Assembly: GCA_965287045.1 (NCBI GenBank)
Contig: OZ336877.1
Span: 59,706,001 to 59,770,000, forward strand
Direction: 5' to 3'
DNA: 64,000 nucleotides
Source: Carcharhinus amblyrhynchos
Lineage: Eukaryota
Position 1 is the first letter of the stretch, and each line of letters starts with the position of its first letter. Below, in pieces: positions 25,531-36,870 of this stretch. Under the pieces are notes generated by a model, which worked only from the letters and a program-made list of their open reading frames with translations, was not told the origin of the DNA and did not search any database. The translations under genes and the position numbers were made by a program.

Positions 25531-25897
25531 AGTATAAAGTCTGACAACACCAGGTTTTAGTCCAACCTATTTATTTGATAATATACTCACAAGCTTTTGA
25601 GGGGACTGCCTCTTCGTCAGGTGAATGGAGAGTTCTGGCCTTCCACTCACATTATCAGCCACTTCAGGTCTTGAACAGCAGGTTAGGTGTAAGGATTCGC
25701 GTTTTAATCAGTAATCTCTAAACTGTCTGTGCTTTATATGCTCTGTCTGAGGCCAGAACTCCCCATTCACCTGACGAAGAGGCAGTCCCCTCGAAAGCTT
25801 GTGAGTATATTATCAAATAAATAGGTTGGACTAAAACCTGGTGTTGTCAGACTTTATACTGTGTTTACGCCAGTCCAACGCTGGCATACCCACATCA
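25531..25897 (+). mobile_element. Inner fold-back PLE of a related subfamily, nested in the outer one
   Basis: Near-perfect inverted arms at 25531-25641 and 25750-25860, a 37-nt extension at 25861-25897, and TTACCTGATGA(AG) duplicated at 25520-25532 and 25898-25910. Confidence 0.87.
25765..25806 (+). ncRNA. Minimal type I hammerhead ribozyme motif (PLE-type)
   Basis: AUUCAC-CUGACGA-A-GAGG(CAGUCC)CCUC-GAAA-GCUU-GUGAGU. Helix I is AUUCAC/GUGAGU, helix II is GAGG/CCUC, the conserved core is intact, and a palindromic AAGCUU replaces helix III. AATAAA follows at 25816-25821. Confidence 0.72.
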
Positions 25898-26574
25898 TTA
25901 CCTGATGAAGGGCAGTGCTCCGAAAGCTTGTGGCTTTTGCTACCAAATAAACCTGTTGGACTCTAAACTGGTGTTGTGAGACTTCTTACTGTCTTATATT
26001 CTAACCAACCTTCAGAATGGCCACTAATCTTCACTTATAGTTACATCAAAATTTAGTTCTAATCAGACCAAAGGCTTCAAATCAATCATGTCAAAATGTG
26101 TAATTACTGCTTAAATTATTACTGTTATTTAGCCCAGAGACAAATATATCTCACTATTATTAGTATACCAATTGTGAAGTTATTGCTGGGAGGTATCTCT
26201 CCTGCACATTTAGATCACACCTAGTTTCAAACGGAATGGAAACATCATTGTTTCTTTCAGACAAACCTAAAGGTCAGCTGGCTTTCTGCTGACAGACTGC
26301 CAAGTGTAGGGACATGTCTTTAGATACATTAATAACAAACTTTGGCTAGTTCCTTCCTTAAATCAGTTTTAACACTTTGGTCTGTCACATTTAAATTTAG
26401 GAAAGATTTCACTAAATTAATCACGTTATGTTGAATACATGGAACTACATTGATTTTGTAGCCAACACTAAGGCAGTCATGAAACAGTGAAAGTCTAATC
26501 AGGCTATTTTATGATTCAGGATCTATTTTAATAATTTGAAGCTTTTTGATCAACAATACATGATGGATTATGCT

Positions 26575-26886
26575 TAATCATAGAATCCCAATGCAAAAGG
26601 AGGCCATTTGGCCCATCGAGTCCGCATTGACCACAGTCCCACGCAGGCCCTATTCTTGTAACCCCACATATTTTCCCTGCTAATTGCCCTGACACTAGAG
26701 TCAATTTAGCATGGTTAATCAACTCAACCCGCACATCTTTGGACTGAGGGAGGAAACCCATGCAGACACGGGGAGAATGTGCAGACTCCACACAGACAGT
26801 GACCTGAGGCCGGAATTGAACCCGAGTCCCTGGTGCTGTGAGGCAGCGGTGCTAACCACTGTGCCACAGTGCTGCCCCTGTGCCAC
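26575..26886 (-). mobile_element. HE1-like SINE, full length
   Basis: Tail, V-domain-like core (GGAGAATGTGCAGACTCCACACAGACAGTGACC) and tRNA head (GGAATTGAACCC...GCTAACCACTGTGCCAC). Confidence 0.88.
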
Positions 26887-26993
26887 TGTAAGGGATAGCA
26901 TCATTGTGTCACCCTGTGGGATAGCATCAATGAATGCTACCATTGTTTTGCAGAGAAAACGTAGCAAATTATACCTACCTGCTTTTGAGACAT

Positions 26994-29900
26994 GGGTCAC
27001 AATTTTCCCAAAAAATGGCAATGGCGAGAAGTCCGGAGCAATCTGTGCCGATCTGTCTGGCACTGTCTGGACTGCAATCATCCCATATGTAGTGCATTGA
27101 ATGAACCCCCACATGACACATGCCATTATAGAGTCCCCGGGGCTGTGACTCATCCAAACTGGCTCATAGCTGTGCACTGTTAACAAGGGGGACAGATCAA
27201 AGGCTTTTTAAACACCCAGTCACACCAGAAGGATGCCAGCACGGAGAGCAGTGTCATGCTTCATGGAGGTAGAACTCAGCAGGCTTTTGGACGCAGTGGA
27301 GGTGAGGGGGCCATCACATAGCCCCGGATGGGCTGACAACACAGGAGCAGGAAGTCAGTCGTGGCCTGGGATGCGGTGACTGTGACAGTCAGTGCCCACA
27401 GCATGAAACTGAAGACCGGTACCTAGTGCTGCAAGAAAATGAACAACCACATTTGAGCTGTAAGGGCAAGTGTCTGTCTGTCTAGGTCCAGGCATCAGTT
27501 CCCTCTCTCACACCTGGAATGTCCACAGCACCCATTTCCTGACCATCTGTGGCCTTCCAGCACCTGACTCCCCCAGCATGGTCCTCAAATCTCTCCGGCA
27601 CCTCCGGCCACACATCCGATGTGTCAAGGTACGGTGCTAACATATGCCATCTGTTCCCGCCCCCTCCCCATCTCCAACCCGCCAACCATCGATCATCCCC
27701 CTTTTCTCTCCGAAGGAGAAGTTGGCCCAAAACAGAAGAGAGTGGGAGAAGTCAGATAGGGGAGTTGTCTCTCCTAACCCTGTATGAGGCGCACATGATG
27801 GAGCTCTTGGGGGGCACCCGAGCTGGGAGTTACTGTGAGGCAGTGAAGTTCCCCAAAACCTCCATCCATAGGACTTTTCCCAAGTAAGTTCCAAGCTGCC
27901 CTGATACTTGTCCCTCTCTTTCACTGCACCACGTGTTTTGTCTTGTTGGAGTGACATCTGATGAGGCTGGGTCTTCAGGAGTCAGCGACCCTGGCCCCCG
28001 GCTGGCACCTCGGTGGAAGGCTCCATGGAGAGCTCCATCCAGGTGTCATCCGCATCACCCACCAGCGCAGAGACACGCACCTCGGTGGGTGACATTAGCA
28101 GGCAGGCCTCGGGGTCACTTTTTGATGAACACCACATAGCTGCTAATGCACATCAGGTGGAGACAGGAAGGTCCAAGGGATCGGACAGGCAGAGGTCTGG
28201 AAACAGCTGGCCCCCAGCCAGATGCAGAGCCACTAGAAAAAGTTCCCCCAGAACTGCTGGAGATGCAGAGGCAGAGCAGGGGATTGCAAGAGTTGATGTC
28301 AGCGACATTCTGGCAACTGCAAAGCTGCTTGGAGGAGTCCCACAGCCTTCAGGCACAGTAAATGGTGCCAGCATTGCTAGGCACCCAGGCCAACACCGCA
28401 AGAGTGGCGACTGCAATGGAAAGCCTGGGGTAGGACCTGGGTTCTGGGTCCCTGCCATTGGTAGCGACGGTGGCCCGGTCGCTGAGGACCATGTCTGATG
28501 GCCTTGGGAGCAGGCTCGAGACACAGCGGGCAATTGCAGAGGGGCTCCAGAGCTTGGTCCAGATTCAGAGAGTTATTGCTGAGGGCTCACATTGCTTGGT
28601 GCAGACAATGATGGACCTCCAGGACAGGCAAGGCCAGGTGATGCATAAGCTTCTGGAGCTCACTCCAGCTCCACCTCAGAGAGTGTCCCCTCACAGCCAC
28701 CGGGGTAGATATCCTCATCCCCCACAAAGTGCCAGGTCTGTGAGGATGTGGCTTAGATGCTGCACTGTCTTCCTGCTCATGCAGAATCTCTGCAAGCACA
28801 CAGTGTCCGGCAGCTCATTGTAGAATAGAAAAGCCTTGTACAGCCGTGATCTCCATTTCCACCACCTCGGGCTCCCTCCTTGAGGCGATGGATGGCCAGG
28901 TCCTGACCCCTGACTCCGGTCCCTGTTGTTCTGGTGCAGCCCAGACTGGGTTGGTCTTGCGGCGGATAGCAACTTCTGTCAGGTGCCACAGCAGTAATAA
29001 TGATTATTGCCTGCTCTGCTGGCTCAATACCAATATTCATGCTTCTGCTGTGGGTGACAGTCCTTAAGGTTATCCATTGCTGACCTCTAATCCCTCCTAA
29101 CATCTCGTGTCCCCATGAGTCTGGCTGTTGACAACCCGACATTATCCCTGGTGCCATGTGCTGCTGACCATTACCACATTATTGCCTCAGCAGCCATCGG
29201 TACTGCCCATGCCCCTGCAGTTACTAATGGTATCCCCCATGGCTGTACCTCCCTTCACATGATGCAGCATTATGTCTTCTGCACCCCTGAATGACATGTG
29301 ATGGGTGCCCATTGTAGGGAGCACTGTAGTGTTCATGCAGTATGCAGAGCTGTGTTAACACTTGCCAAGCTCCCCTGACTGGGGCGATAGCTGCCAGACC
29401 TGGTCCTTGTAACTGTTAGCTGAACCTGGGATAAACTGCAGAGCCTTTCCAGCAGATGTGGCAAGTGCGACATTAAAGGGATTTGAACATGACCCCATGT
29501 GGAAACACTCAGGCACAGAGAATGAGCGCCACAAAAGCGCCAGTGCAGAAGCGACCCCAAACCTGAGGACCCTTGTCTCAGCCTGAGCCTCCACAAGACC
29601 CTGCAACCTTGATGGCTCCTCCACACCACCCCACACCATAGCAGTGGCTGACCCACTTGCTTGCACCCTGGAGGTTGGTGCTAAGTGGTACTCACCTCCT
29701 TGCTCACCCTCACATATATTGCATCTGAAACACACTTCAAGGGACCAGTAATGATTCACAACCATCCTGCCAGAGTGGTGGGAGAATTCCAGGAGGGGGG
29801 ATGATTGTATGTTGAACTCACCATTGATATTGAGATCCAGTCGATCTCATGCTAATCAGGGTGCGACCCAGTTTGTGCCTTTTCAAGGGACCAGGACGAT

Positions 29901-30007
29901 TGAGAACCAGTTGGTACCCAGCACAAAACCCGTTTTTAAGCCAGCATGCAATTTTCCAGCATTAGTGCAATCTGTATCAGGTGAGGTGAGTCCAGAAAAT
30001 CACCTCC
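26994..30007. mobile_element. Degraded, internally deleted PIF/Harbinger transposon with convergent Myb/SANT and transposase remnants
   Basis: Plus strand from 27233: FMEVELSRLLDAVEVR...AWDAVTVTVSAHS..KTGT*CCKKMN (Myb/SANT-like). Minus ORF 28715-28972: YNELPDTVCLQRFCMSRKTVQHLSHIL (HARBI1-like N-terminus). TIR-like ends are weak. Confidence 0.75.
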
Positions 30008-30424
30008 AAGAAATTTTAAAGCCAGTTTTCAAGACAAGTGTCCATTGCTGCTCTCACAGCGAGTGCTGTAAAAGTTGAACCATTGTAGTTATTGCTGGGA
30101 TGTGCTCCGATGACTGTCTTTTACTAACATTGTACAAATTGTAATGATTAATGCTCCTCACATCTCAAACTTTTACATGCTATTCAGAATCACTCGCTTT
30201 GAGGGAGATAATGGCCATTCTTTCAAGGATATATTTTCAAAATGTAATTTCATGTTTAAAGACATAAAAATTCTTTCAATGTCCATTAAACAATTTAAAT
30301 TATATGGTTTAAGTGGCCGAGAAGTATTTATGATAAACTGGGTGTGACTCATCTAACTGACTCCCATTAGAAAGTCTTTTAAATTGCACATCTTTCACAT
30401 CACGACATCACCAACCCCACACAC

Positions 30425-30465
30425 CTTTCCATTTTCTCAAGTTCCACAGTGCTGTGGTTAGGGTT
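30425..30465 (-). CDS. Candidate 41-nt internal exon, unidentified gene
   Basis: Acceptor ttgttttctcag and donor AAG|gtgtgt. Reads TLTTALWNLRKWK in the phase that links 45233-45294 to 20536-20690. Confidence 0.28.
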
Positions 30466-30689
30466 CTGAGAAAACAATTTATGTTCTACCTGCAGTTACA
30501 CGATTAGATTGCTGCTTTTTTGTTATTGTAGACACTGTAATGCCCTTTATCAGCCCATTAAATTTGCAGTCATTCTCCAGAAACACTTCTCCTGATTTAT
30601 CTATTAAACATACACTTACCTGTATCACCGCTGTCACATTTGTTGTTCTCTTAAATCAGATTGTTCACCAATTTGTTTAACTGTTTTAA

Positions 30690-31530
30690 AAGCAGGAAAT
30701 GCTGGCAGCATCTGTGGAGAGAAACAGAAGTTACCTGTTGGATCAAAATGATCCTCTTACAGAACTGCAGGAAGGTAGAAATGTACAGAATTAAATAGTT
30801 GGAAAGTGGTGGGTCAGAATAGAAGACCAGCGATAGGTCGGGAAAAAGGAGATATTGACAAATTTGTCATGGGCATAAGACAAAGGGGAATGTTAATAGT
30901 TCCATGAAGGGATGAAGAGTGTTAATAGCGGTAAAAGGTGAGCAGCTGAATGTGTTGATGGGAGCAACTGAACAGCCAGGGACAGGTGGCCAAGTGGTGG
31001 CGTGGGTGGGTGGAGTTGTGTTGGGGTCGGCCAGGAAGCTGAGAAACAACCGACAACCATCTAGAGGGGAGAGGAGTTAAGATCATAGGGCGGCACAGTG
31101 GTTAGCTCTGCTGCCTCACACCGCCGGAGACCCGGGTTCAGTTCTGGCCTCGGGTCACTCTCTGTGTGGAGTTTGCACTTTCTCCCCATGTCTGTGTGGG
31201 TTTCCTTCGGGAACTCAGTTTCCTCTCACATTCCAAAGATGTGCAGTTTAGATTGATTAGCAATGCTAAATTGTCCCTTAATATTAGAGGGACTAGCTGG
31301 GGTAAATGTGTGGGGTTATGAGAATAAGGTTTAACTGGATTGTGGCCAGTACAGACTCGATAGACCGAAAGGCCTCCTTCTGTACTGTAGGGATTCTACG
31401 GAGGAAGGAGTTTACTGTCTAAAGTAGTTGAACTTGGTGTTGAGTTCAGAAGGCTGTTACCCGTCTAATGGGGAAATGAGGTGTTGTTCTTCCAGTTTGC
31501 ATAGGCTGCACTGGGCGATTGCAGCAGACC
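30690..31530 (-). mobile_element. PLE 3' end with GIY-YIG C-terminal remnant, split by a SINE
   Basis: Minus strand ~31430-31500 reads KLEEQHLISPLDG*QPSELNTKF, resembling the PLE C-terminal LEEQHLIFRLGTLQPxGLN motif. Terminal sequence at 30690-30770. Confidence 0.7.
31088..31400 (+). mobile_element. HE1-like SINE, full length
   Basis: GGGCGGCACAGTGGTTAGC head, GGGTTCAGTTCT B-box-like motif and tail ACTGTAGGGATTCTA. Confidence 0.88.
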
Positions 31531-31820
31531 ATAGAAGCCCTACAGTGCAGAAGGAGGCCATTTGGCTCATTCAGCCTGCACCAACTCTCCAAAAGAGCAT
31601 CTTACCCAGGCCTTCTCTCTGCCCTATCCCCGTAACCCCCACATTTACCATGGCTAATCCACCTAACCTGCACATCTTTGAACTGTGGGAGGAAACCGCA
31701 GCATCCGGAAGAAAACCATGCAGACATGGGGAGAACATACAAACTCCATCCAAGACAGTCACCCAAGTCTGGAATCAAACCCAGTCTCTGGTGCTGTGAG
31801 GTATCAGTGTTAATCACTAG
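31530..31820 (-). mobile_element. HE1-like SINE
   Basis: Reverse-oriented copy of the same family. Confidence 0.86.
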
Positions 31821-33650
31821 GAATTTGTGCCACCCAGACTAAGTGCGTAGAAGACTGTGTACCAAAGTAGTAAATTTATGTACTTCCCAATCTGAAACCA
31901 TGGATGAACAGGGACATCCACTGTTTAATGAAGTCCAGGCATTCAAGTTGAGCGGCCTTGACCTATACAAGAAATCCAGATATGATCTACAGAGAACCAT
32001 CAAAGATGCCAATAGACAATACTGGGCCAAGCTAGAGTCACAGGCTAGCCACATGGACATCTACTGATTATGGCAACATCAACACGACAAAACAGGCTAC
32101 AAAATGAAAATGAGTAGAAATGCTGGCAACAATGCATCCCTCCCCACTGAGCCAATGCAGTTGATGCTCATTTTGAGAAAGAGGTCAGTGAAAGGACGTC
32201 ATTCCCCCAGAAGCCTCAGATGAACCTGCATCTGGGGTCACCATCGCAGACATCAGATCAGTCTTCTTGAAAATTAACCCACAGAAAGAGACTGGCCCAG
32301 ATGGAGTACCCAGGTAAGTACTCAGATCCTGTGTGGACCAGCTGGTGGGAGTTTTCGCAGATATTTTTAACTTCTTCTTACACCGATCAGAGGTCCCTAC
32401 CTGCTTTAAGAAGATGACCGTCATCTTGCACCAAAAAAAAGCTAGGCAGTGTGCCTTAATGACTACCATTGGTGGCTCTGATATCCATCATTGTGAAGTG
32501 CTTCGAAAGGTTAGTCACAGCGCATATCAACTTCAATTTCCAGTTTGCCTGGATCCACTACAATGGGTCCACAACAGGTCCACAGCAAACACTATCTCCC
32601 TGGCCTTGCACTCAACCCTGGAACACCCGAATAACAAGAACACTTATGTCAGACTCCTATTTAACGGCTACAGCTCAGCCTTCAACACTATTTTTCCCAC
32701 AAAACTCATCTCCAAACTCCGTGGCCTGGGCCTTGACTCCTCCCTCTGCAATTGGATCCTACTGCTTCCTAACCCACAGATCACAATCAATAAGAATAGA
32801 TAACAACACTTCACGTTTATCTTCAATACTGGTGCCCCACAACGCTATGTCCTCAGACCCTTGCTATACTCCCTATACGCCTATGACTGTGTGGCTAATT
32901 ACTCCTCCAACTCCATTTTCAAATTTGCTGATGACATCACCTTAGTGGGTCTGATCTCAAACAATGATGAGATGGACTACAGGAAATAGATAAAGAATCT
33001 GGTGAGCTGATGTGATGACAATAATTTCTCCCTCAATGTCAGCAAAATGAAGGAAGTAGTCATCGACTTCAGGAAACATAGGGGAATTTGTGCCCCATCT
33101 ACATCAATGATGATGAATTGGAAATGGTTGAGACCTTCAAGTTTCTAGATATCCAGATCACCAACAACCTGTCCTGGTCCTTCCATATTGATGCTATAGT
33201 TAAGAAAGCCCACCATGCATGTCTACAATGACTCTCACCAATTTTTACAAATGCACCATAAAAAGCATCCTTTCGGGATGTATCACAGCTTTGCTCTGAC
33301 CAAGACCGCAAGAAACTACAAAAGGTTGTGAACATCGCTCAGTCCATCATGAAAACCAACCTCCCATCCATTGACTCTGCCTACACTTCCCACTACTTTT
33401 GGGAAAAGTTTGAAGTCACATACCAACCAACTCAAGAACAGCTTCTTCCATGCTGCCATCAGACTTTTGAATGGAACTACCTTAAATTAAGTTGGTCTTT
33501 CTTTACATCCTAACTATGACTGTAACACTACGTTCTGCACCCTCTCCTTTCCTTCTCTCTGAACAGTATGTTTTATCTGTATAAAGTGCAAGAAACAGTA
33601 TTTTTCACTGTATACTAATACATGTGACATTAATAAATCAAATCGAATCA
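31820..33650 (+). mobile_element. Rex1/Babar-type LINE RT pseudogene, longest copy in the window
   Basis: DQLVGVFADIFN, VPTCFK, IIVKCFERLV, YVRLLFNGYSSAFNTI and KFADD (at ~32921) motifs, multiple frameshifts, (CAAAT)-like tail. Confidence 0.92.
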
Positions 33651-35591
33651 AGGTTTGGGACAGGTGTGGACATGAGAACAAGGTTAACTGTTTTGATGGC
33701 TTTTTCATTTTTCTTCATCATTGATCTTTTGAATGATTAGTATTCTACATGACAATATTGATAATGATTGAAAATGACTGTTATTCACTATATTGACCTA
33801 AATGATTTAATTTCATGCCCTTCCTTTCGCATTCTGCACTGAATAAATTCTAAAACTCTTTCTTAATGCTGACATAAAATTTATCAATAATGATCCTCAC
33901 GATAGAACTTACAATTTATGTTGAGTAAGCACATGGCATCAGGCCTCCACATGAGGCAGAGTGGTCTTGCTAAGCAAAGTTGAACCTACTATTTTGGAAG
34001 CTCTTTATTAGTAATATAACTGAATAATTGAAAGAAATTTCCTTGTAGAATATTACTGAGCTTTATGAGTTTTATTTCGGTTGCTGATTGTTCCCCAAAG
34101 CAACTACTATACATGAGAGGCATTACCATGTTTCTCAAGAGGGAAAATAAGGTGTTTCCATGACAAAACTTAATTTCTTTTATGTACAGACTGCTATCCC
34201 AATTGATATCAGTATAATTTAAACAGAATATTTTATAATTAAGAAATAAATCAAGGTTTTTCTTTCTCTTTTGCACTGTAAATCAGTTTGTGTATTTGCT
34301 GAATTGCAGGGTAGAGAATGTTAAGAGTAATATCATATTATTAGGGTAAGAATTGGCAAATATCTTGAAGCTTTGATTTCAACTTTGTGCTCCTAAATAT
34401 CAAATAGTCACAAAGTCAAATGCAATCTCTACTTGAGGCTATTGCGGGACAACTCAACATTTATGACAGTATAATGTAAAGATGATAGAATATATTTCAC
34501 TATTGTGCATTTCTAAACTATGGGGGTAAACCTTTTTCATGATAATTTATCACTTATTAATATGAGAAATACACCTGGTAACACAACAGCATTCAAAATT
34601 ACTTTAAATATACACTAAAAATTAGCTTGAAAGGTGACAGAGGGGAGCCAGAGAAATACAATATTAGTCATCAGAGATATTCATAGATTATGCAGTGAAA
34701 TTGGAAGTGGGCAGGAATGGAGAATCTGGCAGGAGTCAAAAAGTTGGAAACCCCATTGGCATAAAAACACATTGAAATTCTCCCAATGGTGGATTGGTCT
34801 CCCCACTGGTAGGTATTTTGAACACCACTTGCATTAATTTGCATTTCATGAATGTCATTAGAATGGCTGTCCTCCGGCATCTCGTCAGGCCTTCCCATCT
34901 TGCATCACACCAGCAAGAAAACACATCAGTGTCAAGCCCGATTGCTAAAGAGAGGCGTGTACAAGATGTTGGCAGGAGACTTTGAGGTGAGTGCAACACT
35001 GCCATGAGCTGCACTGCTCCTCAGTGCCAGGGGCAGACTGGCTTCTGCCCTCCATCTCCATGTGGACCTTGTTTTCATGGACAACATTGTGCTGCTGGAC
35101 CCATGGACCCTCCTCTGCCACCAAGTTGTATCACTACTGACTGTGGGGATGGGGAGTATTGGGGCTCATTCCTCTGAAGCCACACACTAGTGTCTATCCC
35201 ACATTGTACTGTGGGACTCATGCAGCCACCGCAACAAGGTCTGAAGTTTGACTGTGGCAGAATTTGAGGTGAGTGGGGGTAGCGAGGTGGGGATGCTGAT
35301 CTGACAAAGACAATGAGGCAACAATGTGGAAGGAGAGCTGTGAAAGGAAGCGGGGAAGGGCAATAGCTTACAATCTCAGGCAGAAGGGCAAGGAGATAGG
35401 TGAAGAGGACGAACAATGGATGACAAAGGGAAGGCTGAGAGGAGGGAAGCTGGACACCAACAAGGCTGCATGAAAAGTTCACAAATGAGGGAGGTCAAAG
35501 AGATACCACATCATTTATTGGAACAGGATGGATGAAGATTCCAGATGGAATAGGTTGAGGTCCAAGGGGAGCATGGGCACCTTGTAAACAC

Positions 35592-35870
35592 TGGTAGCAC
35601 AGTGGTTAGCACTGCTGCCTCACAGCAGCAGGGACCAGGGTTTGACTCTTGGCTAGGGTCACTGTCTGTGTGGAGTCTGCACGTTCTACCCGTGTCTGCA
35701 TGGGTTTCCTCTGGCATTCTGGCTTCCTCCCACAGTCTGAAAGATGTGCTGGTTAGCTGCATTAGCCAAGATAAATTCTCCCACAGAGGGGGAGTGTGGC
35801 AAGGAGGGGATTTTCACAGTAACTTCATTGCAGTGTTAATGTAAGCCTACTTGTGACATGAATAAATAAA
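35592..35870 (+). mobile_element. tRNA-derived SINE with the alternative tail
   Basis: HE1-like head. Tail TTTTCACAGTAACTTCATTGCAGTGTTAATGTAAGCCTACTTGTGAC..AATAAA is shared with the copies at 24280, 37975 and 57915. Confidence 0.85.
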
Positions 35871-36354
35871 CATAAGCTTAAGTGATGGCTTTGGGGGGAG
35901 AGTACTTGAATAAAGGAAGACGCTTCATCTTGAGGCTTCAAGCCTTTTCCCTCTGGGTTACTGACATCCTGCACAGTCTTGTGTCGACGGAAAGAGTGAC
36001 CTGAGAGTGCTGCTCTGGTATTTAAACATGCTGCCAGCAATGTTGGTGAAACTAGAACTTGGAGCCATTAAGATAAAATAGTCACAAGTGAATCCAGAAT
36101 TTGGCAGAAACTTATTTACCTCCAGTGTGGTTAGAATGTGAAACTTATTATAACTAGGAGTAGTTGAGATGAACAGCACGGATACATTTAATGAGAAGTT
36201 AGATATGGACATGAGGAAGAAAGGCTTAGAGTATTTTGATGGAGTTAAGTGAAGAATAGTAGGACAGCACATGGACCGTAAACACTGTCAAGCCAACTGA
36301 CCTATTTCTGTGTTGAAGACACTTTGCAGCTTTTTAATTATGATCAGATCATAA

Positions 36355-36870
36355 GGAAAGACTTGCACTTTTCACAGCCACTGAATGTCTCAATGTGCTT
36401 TATAGTCAATTACGTACTTTTTAAAAAGTGTAATCACTGTTGTAATGTTGGAAACTTCACAGTCAAATTGAAGATAAAAAACACCTACTAACAGCAATGT
36501 GATATTGACCTGATAGTATTTTTTTTATGATGTTGATTGAGGGATAAATATTGGTTATGACACCAGAGATGACTCCTTTGCTCTTCTGCAGAATAACGCA
36601 TAGGATATTTTACATCTACCCAAGCAGGCAGACGGTGCTTTAATTTTAATATCTCGTCTGAAATACTGAACGTCTGACAGTGCAGCATTCCCTTGGTACC
36701 ACGTGGAGTGTCTGTAGATTCTTGTGTTCAAGTCACTGGGCAGAATTTTATGCAGGTGGGATTTTGCAGTCACACTAAAGATGATGGGGTTGTAAAATTC
36801 TGCCTTATGGATTGGGTATTGAATCTCTCTGAGGCCTGAGTGTTACTAACAGACCCACAGGTGACATTTA
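36355..36870 (-). mobile_element. SacSINE1/DeuSINE-like ancient SINE
   Basis: CAGCAATGTGATATTGACC..GATGTTGATTGAGGGATAAATATTGG..TCCTTTGCTCTTC..GACAGTGCAGCATTCC, a Deu-domain-like sequence recognised from memory. Confidence 0.65.
36738..36805. mobile_element. 68-bp MITE
   Basis: TIRs GGGCAGAATTTTA / TAAAATTCTGCCT (12/13). Interrupts the SINE. Confidence 0.7.

Larger units (their letters stand above)
25399..25991 (-). mobile_element. Outer fold-back PLE (inverted pseudo-LTRs plus ~35-nt one-sided tail)
   Basis: Arms at ~25434-25516 and ~25909-25992 are reverse complements. TSD TCTTATATTCT at 25388-25398 and 25992-26002. CTGATGA..GAAAGCTT at 25902-25929. Confidence 0.85.
21755..26030 (-). mobile_element. 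Old CR1 LINE fragmented by multiple later insertions
   Basis: Colinear minus-strand ORF2 pieces at ~21755-21845, 23535-23900 (IFAKFVEDIKI, DIDRLSEWAKICQMEYSVGKC), 24563-25398 and ~25992-26030. Confidence 0.75.

Noticed and set aside
31088-31160. tRNA genes at SINE heads
   Set aside because: They have A/B-box-like motifs but continue into SINE core and tail, with no convincing cloverleaf.
33989-34276. 95-aa minus ORF in AT-rich unique DNA
   Set aside because: No ATG start, a weak acceptor, no recognisable motif, and a composition typical of AT-rich non-coding sequence.
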